64,000 bases of DNA from Eledone cirrhosa (lineage: Eukaryota): positions 327,980,001-328,044,000 of the forward strand of contig OZ024743.1 of assembly GCA_964016885.1 (NCBI GenBank). Direction: 5' to 3'. Below the pieces are notes generated by a model. The model saw only the letters and a program-made list of their open reading frames with translations. It was not told the origin of the DNA and made no database searches. Below, piece by piece: positions 12,891-23,672 of this stretch. Both the position numbers and the translations under genes were made by a program. Position 1 is the first letter of the stretch; each line of letters opens with the position of its first letter.

Positions 12891-13272
12891 TCCACTATTC
12901 CAAGCTGGCATGGGTTTTATGAGACTTTTTGAGGCAGTATTCTAATGTCTTTGCTCGTTTCACCTATTGAACAGCTGATCTGCAGGACATAAACAACTAT
13001 CACCAACTGACTGATCAAGTAGTGCCTGTGTGAAGACACACATGCAGTTACACGCAAACACACACATACACAGGTACTACCATTCTTATTCTGAAGGTCT
13101 TCTGGATTTAGGAAAGCTATGAATAAAAATTTTTATTTTGTAGTAGAGTTATATAAACATACAGCAAAAGGGAGCAGTATTGGAAAGGTCTATAAATGCC
13201 ATAAATGAAAGGAAAAGAAGAAGAGCAAAGACTACTAGGCAAAGGGAAGAAAGAAATGAGCAATTTTGTGTC

Positions 13273-13435
13273 TTAATCAGTTACAATCAGTTCAACTCTA
13301 GGATTGATTTGCTCATGATGCAGTGGAGGTCCAAATTGGAACATCTTGATCTGAGAGATGAACATGTTCAGATTCTGATCTTCAGTGTCTGATGAGCAAA
13401 TCAACTCTAGAGTTGAGTTGATTATAACCAATTAA
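13273..13435. mobile_element. Hairpin MITE-like element bounded by TTAA
   Basis: ttaatcagttacaatcagttcaactctaggattgatttgctcat / atgagcaaatcaactctagagttgagttgattataaccaattaa, imperfect ~45-bp IR. Confidence 0.55.
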
Positions 13436-14289
13436 AGCTCTGAGCTTTATTTATGAAACACATGTTATGCATGATTACAAATGAAATATCTTAAACTGAA
13501 ACTTCAATCTCTCTTTCTCAATATAAACACTGCATATTATGCCAATAACAAACAGACATCACACTTTTTAACACTAAATATGCAATTCATGTAAAAGCAT
13601 TGAATGTTGAAACAGGAACCACTTGTAGTAATTAGTATTACTAACTGACTAAACAGTGGGATTGAAACTGAAAGCATTTTAATGAGAAGCCCACTTGTTA
13701 CTCACATAGCCATGCCTGCACCTATAATATCTAAATGTTTGTGAATCATTATTACCTCAATGTTTTTATACTACCTTAACAGTAATTAGTTTGTTAGATT
13801 GCCTTAATATGTAAATAATTAGTTTAGCTTGTTAATATTTACAAAGACCTTACAACACAATACTACAGCTATATAACCAGATATGACATTAAAGTTATTA
13901 AGAGATTCAAAACAAAAACATTTTAGAAGAAATGAGAGAAGAAATCTTCAGCTACTTAAGTTAAAATTATTGGTGCACCTGGGGAAGGGAAGGTGCAACT
14001 GCAGTGATCAATGTAGATTTACACAAGTAAACAGCTGTAGTACATACTACTACTACTACTACTGCTGCTGTTGCTACAGCTGTGATAAATACTATTTCTA
14101 CTACTGCTGCTGCTGCAATAAATACCTTGATCATAGGTCTGTTTGATCATGGCTAACCTAGGGCTAACCAACAACAACGAGATGGTCGCAGCATTTCAAC
14201 AATAAAATTAAATAGACCTCATGAATTAGCATGTAGGTGGCTGAGTATTCCGCAGACATGCATACAATCAAAATCAATATCAATTCAAT

Positions 14290-14665
14290 CATCATTTTAC
14301 GTCCGCTTTTCCCTGCTTGTAAGGGTGGGACGGGAACTGATTCTGGCTTGATTTCTACAGCTGGATACCCTTCTTAACACCAACCTCATTTACAGTGAGT
14401 GCTGGGTGTTTTTTGCCGTGGCACCTCCACGACCACTTTGCAGTGGAATGATATGGACCCCAGTCCTATCATCTCATTTCTACAGCTGAGTAAACTGGAG
14501 CAATGTGAAATAAAGTGTCTTGCTGAAGGAAACAACACATCACCCGGGTCCCTATTATTCCACTACAAAGTGGTTGTGAAGGTGCCACGGCAAAAAAGCA
14601 CCCAGCCCACACTGTAAAGTGGATGTGTAGGCGCCACGGCAAAAAAGCACCCAACACTCACTGTA
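14290..14665. mobile_element. SINE A with internal inversion
   Basis: Minus-strand SINE A 14290-14547, then plus-strand body and tail module 14548-14665. Confidence 0.75.
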
Positions 14666-14979
14666 ACATAATTCCTAAGGTGAATCAATGTGACACAGTG
14701 TGTGACAAAACCAGATCTTTGAATTACAGGTAGCGTCTATCTTACATTATTGTGAATCGGTGTGATACAGAGTGACCTTTGAATTGCAGGGGCAATCTAT
14801 CCAACAGGCTTCTACACTGTTTCTGTCAACCAAACTTCATTGCTGAGGCTATGATAAAAAACACTTACTCAGTGAGCCATGCAAGGAGATTGAATCCCAG
14901 ATGTCATGATTGTGAAGTGAACTTCTAAACCACCCAACCACCTCTGTGTCCATGTTGTTAAAACTCAACCAGGTTAGAG

Positions 14980-15371
14980 TATCATCATCATCATTTCATT
15001 TTACGTCTGCCTTTTCCCTGATTGCAAGGGTGGGACGGGAACTGATTCTGGCTTGATTTCTACAGCTGGATGCCCTTCCTAACACCAACCTCATTTACAG
15101 TGAGTGTTGGGTGCTTTTTTTCCGTGGCACCTACACGTCCACTTTACAGTGTGGGCTGGGTGCTTTTTTGCCGTGGCACCTCGACGACCACTTTGCAGTG
15201 GAATAATAGGGACCCCAGTCCCTATTATATCATTTCTACTGCTGAGTAAACTGGAGCAATGTGAAATAAAGTGTCTTGCTCAAGGAAACAACACATCACC
15301 TGATCTGAGAATTGAACTCACAACCTTTCGATTGCAAGGCCAATGCTCTAACCACTAAGCCATGTGCCTCC
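14980..15371 (-). mobile_element. SINE family A, full length
   Basis: Complete head to (GAT)n tail. Confidence 0.92.
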
Positions 15372-15994
15372 GTTATAAAAATAAAAGGTTTTGACATAGA
15401 AACCCATAAGTGTTGTGTGTATGTTTACATATATATATATATATATATGAAATCAAGTTAAGCTGGTTGGTTTTAGTAAACAAAGGTATGTATAATCTGA
15501 TGTTTATACATACTTTTGTTTACAACCAAACTTGAAAGCACAACTAAAACAGCCTATTCCCACCTTGAAATATTCAAATATTCGGGTAGTGCAGCGTACT
15601 ACCCTTTCATATTTATAATTATATATAACTCATATATAAGTATAAATAATATTATTAGTAAATATATATATATATACACATTCATGCAAACACACACGAG
15701 ACACGGTCACCCGACCAACCTTGCCTCAAGTGGGACAACTCCCATCTAATCCATGCTAGCGTGGAAGATGGATGTTAAACGATGATGATGATGATGACAC
15801 ACACATATATATGTATGAGATTTTTGCTGTTATGCAGTAATACAGAAGACATGCCTTCCCATGCGCACAGACTCAAACATACATCTAGTAGGCACCTCTT
15901 CACCACTATACCCCCCTTCCATACACCTGTCACACCCCTACACCCACCTACCCACTTCTGTCCACACCACTCTTTCACTGTAAAGTTATGTTGA

Positions 15995-16276
15995 TATCAC
16001 AACAAAAAAACACCCAGCCCACACTGTAAAGTGGTCGTGTAGGTGTCACAACAAACAGTCCCCAGCCCACACTGTAAAATGGTCGTGTAGGAGTCACAAC
16101 AGAAAGCACCCAGCGCACACTGTAAATGTGGTTGGGGTTATGAAGGGCATCCAGCTGTAGAAACCTAGCCAGAAACAGTTCTATATGAGCAAGACATGGT
16201 CACTTGACCCGACTTGCCTATAATGGAACAACCAGTCTAACCCATGCTAGTATGGAAAAGAAAATGGATGTTAAAC

Positions 16277-16310
<34 letters not shown>
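15995..16310 (+). mobile_element. RTE/SINE 3' UTR fragment with tandem modules and (GAT)n tail
   Basis: Three cccagc.cacactgtaaa modules, then gaagggcatccagctgtagaa, cccatgctag, (GAT)n. Confidence 0.75.
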
Positions 16311-16430
16311 GTATATATATATATCCAGAGAGTGTAACATAAAGTTACTGTAGGTTCACCCAGGTGAACACTCGATGTAGGTTCACGTCAGTGGCGGAGT
16401 GTAGAGCTAGACAGAGTGTAATATAATAAT

Positions 16431-16705
16431 ATATAATACGAGGACGATTTATTAAGCCTTCATTACATTTATTGATTGGGGACGCGCGTTTCGCTATTGA
16501 TCAGCTCAAGGTTTGATCTGTATTGATCTGGCTCAACTCTGGAATCAAAAGCTCGTCATTACAACAGCAGATGTCCAACGAGCTTTCGATTCCAGAGTCG
16601 AGCCAGATCAATACAGATCGAACCTTGAGCTGATCAATAGCAAAACGCGCGTCACCAATCAATAAACGTAATGAAGGCTTAACAAATCATCCTTGTATTA
16701 TTATA
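16431..16705. other. Foldback element with extended-stem-II hammerhead motif (core mutated)
   Basis: Arms of ~125 bp at 16431-16556 and 16578-16705. Minus strand reads ATGACGA-gcttttgat-tccagagt...cttgagctg-atcaatagc-GAAAC-GCGC-GTC. Confidence 0.6.
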
Positions 16706-17047
16706 CTATATTATTATTATTATATATATATATATACACACGCAAATAGTGAGTCTTGTTACTGTTTATCACGGTCATCACAAGACACTGTGATAAACAG
16801 GCAAAACTCCAGAGAAACAAGACTCACTTTTTGGCCTTTATAAAATATATATATATATATATATATAAAAGTGGATAAATACCTCAACAGGTACAATGTA
16901 CTTGTAGAAATATGCAAGTTGTTTATAATACTTGTGGTTCAATGGTACTAATTCGAGATGCCAGAACAATATGAAAAGTAGCGGAGCAAGCGGTTATCAA
17001 ACAATTCTCTAAATAAATTAAAAAACGATTTAATCACCTGTTCCATT

Positions 17048-17128
17048 GCTGTTACCGACGGTTTCATCATTCCAAAAGATTGGAAATCCAGAGAATTTCC
17101 AATGGAAAGAAATGAATCTTCAGACAGC
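17048..17128 (-). ncRNA. Type I hammerhead ribozyme motif, intact core
   Basis: Minus strand: helix I GCTGT/ACAGC, CTGAAGA, stem II TCATT...ATTGGAAAT-loop-ATTTCCAAT...AATGA, GAAAC-C-GTC-G-GTA cleavage triplet. Lies in a ~450-bp island between (TA)n tracts. Confidence 0.78.
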
Positions 17129-17340
17129 CTATTTCCACACCATAAGGTTGCAAGCCCTATAGTAAGTAAATATTTCGCTTCCTGCCTAACGCATGCGGTC
17201 AAGCCGTTAAAATGACACACACGCAAAATCAGGTCGCTGATAATAGCTGTATATTATAAACATGTTGATATTGCCACTAAAATCAGCAGCATTATTCAAC
17301 GTTTTGTTCTCTACATAAGGAGAAAAATATATATATATAT

Positions 17341-17373
<33 letters not shown>

Positions 17374-17383
17374 CATATATTGT

Positions 17384-17686
17384 TATATTTTGAGAGGTTC
17401 ATGCTGCCAATAAAAACACATCCACCTGTTGGTTTTCACTTCAATTTATCATAAATTTCCAGTTGGTTAGTTTAATAACAGAATGGTTGTTTATTTGTTT
17501 ATTGTCAAAGCTCTCTCGTCACACATTCTGTGACCTCCTCAGTGACTAATTTGTTATTGTGTGTGTCTCTTTTGTTCTGTCCTACACCATCTTGTTTTTG
17601 TGAGCTGTGTACTGTGTACAATAAAGTGAAGTGAAAACCAACAGGTGTGTGTGTTTTTATTGGCAGCATGACCCTCCCAAAGTATA
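17384..17686. other. PLE pLTR-like foldback element with degenerate hammerhead
   Basis: ~60-bp IR containing ttttattggcagcatg (attggcagcat also occurs at the PLE 5' region, 57395 and 57522); minus strand GTCA-CTGAGGA-GGTCAC...GTGAC-GAGAGAGCTT-TGAC at 17504-17546. Confidence 0.5.
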
Positions 17687-18039
17687 AATATCTGTTTCAA
17701 CACACGTTTTCAGATAAGAAACTTTGCAAAACAAATACAAAAACTATGAAAACCTGCCAGACAGTCCTATGCGAGCAAGACAATCACTCTTGCCTCAAGT
17801 GGGACTACCCCCGTCCAAACCCATGCAAGCGTGGAACACGGACGTTAAACGTTGATGATGATGATGATGATGATATATAAAGATCCCCTTCAGTCACAAA
17901 TTACCATCGGTTTTCCATATAGAGAGTTCCCCTTCAAGGCACAAACCTGGGCAAGGTGCTTTTGTGGAAGACAAGCAATTGCCCAAGCTTGTGTTTCGGA
18001 GGGGAACTTTCTAGGTACAAAACACAGTCATTATATGTA

Positions 18040-18564
18040 CTAGCAGAAAAATCACCCTTAGGGTGGTTTTCTGCTAGCATGTGTAGTGTGCATATTGATA
18101 TTATATGCAAATATATATGCATGTAGATATGATACGTCAAATAAAATCATAATTCAGAATATGCACAGAAATTGAAGAGAGACTGTGTTACACTCTCTTT
18201 TGTAACCAGTAAAGTAATCCATGATATATTTTAAAAAGACGATATTATATATAAACTGTATTAGGAGAAAATTAGCGACGGAAATATAAACCTTATATAA
18301 CGATTCAAATATATGAATGTTTATATAAGTATTATAATATAACAAACGCTAACCGGAAGTATTGACATTTGAAAATTTTAAAGATGTGAATCTTGAAATA
18401 AGTAATAAAATTATTCATATTTAATCAAGAGTTACAAAATTTAGTACATAAATTATGTAATATTCATTCATTATTTATTCAAAGTAATCTAACTTATTTT
18501 ACTAACGGGATAAAAATATATATTCAGGACACAGTCGCGCACTCCTCCCTTTATTATATTATGA
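18040..18564 (-). mobile_element. Non-autonomous Helitron H1 copy 3, SINE-free
   Basis: 3' hairpin plus CTAG at 18040; homologous body with a single ttactttgaataaataat empty site. Confidence 0.78.
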
Positions 18565-19157
18565 TATACATATACAGGTACAGTCTATTTTGTATTATAG
18601 TGGAAGTGTTTGAGTATATATAAAATCATCATCATTTTACATTCACTTTTCCATGCTGGCATGGTATAAATATATATATATTTGAATCTATGATATATAT
18701 TATATAGAATTGTTGCTGCCATGATAAGATGCACCCAGTACACCTGTAAAGTAATTGGCATTAAGAAGGACATCCAGCTGTAGAAATGATACCAAAATAT
18801 GGAAAGTATAAGAAAGGGTCTCCGACCATGATGACCCATTCAAACCAGGTCAGGTTAGGATTCCTTTTTCAAGAGAAAAGAAATGGTGTGTGATGTTGGT
18901 ACTTAGCTGAGCTCTGTGGGAAAAGTTCCTAACCCTCAAATATCATGAAATACAACTGTGGTTGTATGAGAGATGTAATGATGTTAATGTTGTAGTAACA
19001 GAGATTGTATAGGTGAAACAATAGCTATGTGTAGTGTAATGTTTATATAAGGAAAGAGAAATATTTTATTTGCATTAGTAAGTACTGTCAAAATATTCAT
19101 GTCTTTAATAGTTACATCTATTTCTGTGTACAGCTACAAATAATATTTATATATTTA

Positions 19158-19205
<48 letters not shown>

Positions 19206-19450
19206 ATTTTATTTTTCGCTCTAGCACAGCTGATACATAAATGTAAGTATGCATATGTACACACATACATATACAAACATATATATACATACACACACAC
19301 ATATATATATATCTACACACACACACATATATATATATGTACATTTGGGTTATATCGAACATTGATAATATTCGATTCATTTGTAAACAAACGGCCCGAT
19401 TAAAGCTGTGCCATGCCAATGACCAATCGTCATCCGTTTGTTCAATATTC

Positions 19451-19638
19451 GGTGGATTGGCAGTATCGGTAGAGGGTCGGACGCCATGCTTTCCAGCATA
19501 GTTACGTCCCTTTACGATCTGAGTTCAAATACCGCCGAGGTTGACTTTGCCTTTCATCCTTACGGGGTCGATAAAATAAAGTACCAGTAATGCACTGGGT
19601 AATTGCTGGCCTTGTGCCTAAAGTAGAAACAATTATTA
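19451..19638 (+). mobile_element. SINE family B
   Basis: ggtggattggcagtatcggtagag ... gagttcaaataccgcc ... aaagtagaaacaattatt. Confidence 0.88.
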
Positions 19639-19670
19639 TCAATGTTCGATATAACCCATACATATGTATA

Positions 19671-19717
<47 letters not shown>

Positions 19718-19900
19718 ACGAATGCATATTTACATTTATGTATCAGCTGTGCTAGAGCAAGAAATGAAATTCTAATTTTTTTAATTTTCGGCAAGGCCAG
19801 CCGTAACTCACTCAGTATGCAAATGAGGCTACTCAGCCGACGTGTACTTCAGAAAATACTGTATATTTTCAAACATTCAACAGACTGGCAGAAAGGTATA

Positions 19901-19941
19901 CAGTCCTGATGAAGGGTAATGACCCAGAAATATATTGATTG
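19901..19941 (+). ncRNA. Minimal type I hammerhead ribozyme motif
   Basis: CAGTC-CTGATGA-A-GGGT-AATG-ACCC-A-GAAA-TATA-TT-GATTG; helix I extended by ttcaaca.actggca / tgccagt.gttgaa. Confidence 0.7.
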
Positions 19942-20056
19942 TTCCTCAATGCCAGTGTTGAACAAACGGATGACGATTGGTCATCAGCACGGCACAGCTT
20001 TAATCGGGCTGTTTGTTTACAAACGAATCGAATATTATTATTAACCCTTTAAATCT

Positions 20057-20248
20057 GGTGGTGGATTGGCAGTATCGGTAGAGGGTCCGACGCCATGCTT
20101 TGACGCATAGAGTTACGGCCCTTGCCATTCTGAGTTCAAATCCCGCCGAGGTTAACTTTGCCTTTCATCCTTACGGGGTCAATAAAATAAAGTACCAGTA
20201 ATGCACTGGGTAATTGCTGGCCTTGTGCCAAAAGTAGAAACAATTATT
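20057..20248 (+). mobile_element. SINE family B
   Basis: Same consensus as 19451. Confidence 0.88.
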
Positions 20249-20475
20249 AACCCTTTAGCATTTAAACCGGCCATATCCAGCCAGGAGTCTCTCACCTCTT
20301 TCTGTTCAAACCAGCCGTAACTGGCCACTCATACTGATGTTAAGGTATTGTTCTGAAAATAGGTAGCATCAAAATCTCATAGATTCGATATTATGTGATA
20401 TAATTATGTAAGATAAAGTGTTTACTGCGAAAATATAATAGTATATACAGAGTAATGTAAATGTTAAACGGTTAA
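20247..20475. mobile_element. piggyBac-type MITE
   Basis: ttaaccctttagcattta ... taaatgttaaacggttaa TIRs with TTAA. Confidence 0.6.
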
Positions 20476-20504
20476 TGTTCGATATAGCCCATACGTACAC
20501 ACGT

Positions 20505-20865
20505 GGGTGCTATAGAAGTGGTTGATAGCTTCCGGTACCTAGGTGATCAGATTAGCATGGGAGGGGGGGGGGGAGTCCGAGGCCATAGTATCTAGAATAA
20601 GGATGAGTTGGAAGAAGTTTAGGGAGCTGCTTCCTCTGCTGACGAAGAAGGGTTTTCCCCTGCGTACGAAAGGCCGGTTATATGATGCCTGGTAGTGAGA
20701 CATGGGCAGCACCTACAGAGGATATGCGACGGCTGGAGAGAAATGAGGCAAGCATGTTCCGTTGGATATGCAATGTCAATGTGCGTGAACGGCCGAGCAT
20801 GGATGTGTTGAGAGAGAAACTGTGTCTGAGAGGGATAGAATGTTGTGTGCGGGAGAGGAGACTGA
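20505..20865 (+). mobile_element. RTE internal fragment
   Basis: VVDSFRYLGD...GSETWA...LERNEASMFRWIC. Confidence 0.82.
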
Positions 20866-21099
20866 TGAAATCACGATAATGGTTAAATAATCAAGTGACT
20901 AAGATTGTCCTTGAAATATGTATCACAGCCTTATTAATAAAGGACTGGTTAACATCTACAACTTCACATTTTCCTCATTCTAATTATATTCCGTCATCCT
21001 TATTTTGAAGAAGTGACGTTGAGTACTTGAATTGAATTGCATCCATATCTACTGTATGTGTATATATATAAATATAAATATATAAATATATATATATGC

Positions 21100-21384
21100 G
21101 CCCCCACCCTCTCCCACTGCAAAATGGTCATGGAGGTGCCACGGCAAAAAAGCACCCAGCCCACACTGTAATGTGGACATGTAGGCGCCACAGAAAAAAA
21201 GCACCCAGCGCTCACTGTAAATGAGGTTGATGTTAGGAAGGGCATCCAGCTGTAGAAATTAAGCCAGAATCAGTTTCTGAATGAGCAAGACAAGGTCAGC
21301 CAACTGGACACTGCCCACAACAGGACAACCCGTCTAACCCATGCTAGCGTGGAAGAACGGATGTAAAACAGTGATGATGATGAT
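21100..21384 (+). mobile_element. SINE A / RTE 3' UTR fragment
   Basis: Tail modules and (GAT)n end. Confidence 0.78.
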
Positions 21385-21526
21385 ATATATAGTTGTTATA
21401 TAGTAAGGTGTATTATTGGTTGTGTTAAACAGTCCAATAAATTTTTGTTAGCAATATTAAGTTCTCCAAGCTTTTGTCTATCTCCAATTCCATTTATGGG
21501 AACAGCTAGATGATGTTAAATGGAGT

Positions 21527-22976
21527 ATTTGTATCAAAATAAAGATCCAAAGGCACGGTATAAATTTCCAATCATTTTAATCGCGACAGATGTTTTAATA
21601 AAAGATAGATCGAACGTGCGGCCATGATCGATTATCACTGATCTCGTCAGGTGAAAATGAATTGTCTTCAAATCCTTGATATGAGGGAGAAAATTAACGA
21701 TGTTCACTCACAGAGTTTAGTCCCTCATATGAAGATCAAGCAGTCAAAACACGGCGACTGCTATCGTCTTCAGTTAGGGTTATAAAACTATTAAGTCTCT
21801 ATCTCTCAATAGCTGTAAAAGACGCTGGACGGGTCTAATCTCAACATCAAATCTGTAGAATTACAGTCGGTCACAGTTAGTGTGAGTGAGTACACACACA
21901 CTCACACACACCGATGCGAGGTTGAAGAAAAAAAATATAAATATACCAACATAGTATTCACCGAAAGTTAGTTTACAAAACAACAAATGTTATATTGGTC
22001 AAATCTCAATTTGACGATGTAAATTGGAAAAATTGGGTCAACCGCAACCCTATACACACGCAAGTAAATTTAGTTCAATGTTCTGCTATATGTGTATAGA
22101 TTGACTTGTAACATCCGTATCTCCAAATAGTGTATGTTATGGTATATACACATCCGTATCGTCCAAAAAAGTGTATGTTTCGGCACATACATATCTATGT
22201 GAAGAGCAAGTAGTCAGCTCCTATGGAACTCTGTATATGCCGTTGTCCCATTGAGGATCTGAGTCCCCAAATCTGTGCGTGCAATCAACCGCTATGTAGG
22301 CCACCAAGGGGCTCTGTGTAGGGTTGGGTATTTGGGTTAAGGTGTCAGTATGTGCGATTTCCCATCATATGGGCCCTTGGGCTTTTAAGATAGGTGTTTG
22401 AGTGGTGGAGGTGTGTTACCCAACACAAAAATAAAAATAAAAAATAAAATAAAAATATACTATGTTGGTATATTTATATTTTTCTTTGACCTCACGTCGG
22501 TGTGTGTGAGTGTGTGTGTACTCACTCACACTAACTGTGACCGTCTGTAGTTCTACAGATTTGATGCTATGTTGGTATATGTATATATTTTTTATTTGAC
22601 CTAGCGTCGGTGTGTGTGTGTGTGTGTACCCACTCACATTTACTGTGACCGACTGTAATTCTACAGATTTGATCGATGTCCAGCGTCTTTTACAGCTATT
22701 GGGAGGTAGAGACTTAATAGTTTTATAACCCTAACTGAGGACGATAGCAGTCACCGTGTTTTGACTGCTTGATCTTCATATGAGGGACTAAACTCTGTGA
22801 GTGAACACCGTTAATTTTCTCCCTCATATCAAGGATTTGAAGACAATTCATTTTTACCTGACGAGATCAGTGATAATCGATCATGGCTACACGATCAATC
22901 TATCTCTTATTGAAACATGTCTTGATTAAAATTATTGGAAATTTATACAATGCCTTTGGATCTTTATTTTGATATA
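21527..22976. mobile_element. Large foldback element with ~430-bp inverted arms and hammerhead-like motifs
   Basis: 21527-21955 is inverted to 22455-22976. CTGACGA...GAAACATGTC at 22858-22921 and a CTGAGGA hairpin at 22735. Confidence 0.65.
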
Positions 22977-23184
22977 AATATATATCATCATCACCATTTT
23001 ACGTCCGTTCTTCCATGCTAGCATGGGTTAGATGGGTTGTCCTGACGGGCTGACCATGCCTTGCTTATACAGGAACTGATTTTGGCTTGATTTCTACAGC
23101 TGGATGCCCTTCCTAACACCAACCTCATTTACAGTGAGTGCTGGGTGCTTTTTCCGTGGCGCCTACACGTCCACTTTACAGTGT

Positions 23185-23672
23185 GACTCGGACTCAGAAG
23201 CCCCCACGTCTTGCGACGCATGAGGCATTCATAGTGTTCCATCGCGTTCGGTCAGCAGCCAGTTGCACAGCGTCCCGCCATTGTCTGTTTGTCGCTCGCA
23301 GGTCACTCTCAACTGTCTGGTGCCAGTTCATATTGGGTCGCCCTCTCCGTCTGCTTCCCTGCGGGCTCCATTTAAGTACTTGGTTCGTCAGTCTCTCCGG
23401 GGGGAAGTCTCAAAGCATGTCCAAACCAGCCCAGGCGTCGCTTGCAGATGGTATAATAGACTAGCTGCTGGGCGGTGCAGTTCCTGACTTTCTGGTTTGT
23501 TACATGGTCACTCGATTTAATCCCCAGGATATTTTTCGCAGACATCTGGAATCGAATGCGTCCAACTTCTTCTCTTGGCTGGTCTTAAGGTGCCATGTTT
23601 CACTTCCGTACAAGAGTGTGGACAGCATGTTGCTGTTGTAGAATCTCATCTTCATTTTGAGGGTGAACTTCC
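23185..23672 (-). mobile_element. 5'-truncated RTE family 1 inserted in the 3' UTR of the other RTE
   Basis: Matches 1480-1965 (KFTLKMKMRFYNSN...GSETWHLKTSQEKKLDAFD); short gtgtg duplication at the flanks. Confidence 0.88.

Larger units (their letters stand above)
19200..20500. mobile_element. PLE-like non-coding insertion with inverted and direct pLTR segments, interrupted by SINEs and a MITE
   Basis: 19205-19275 is inverted to 19705-19775; 19340-19445 is inverted to 19955-20040 and 19634-19665; HHR at 19901. Confidence 0.6.
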
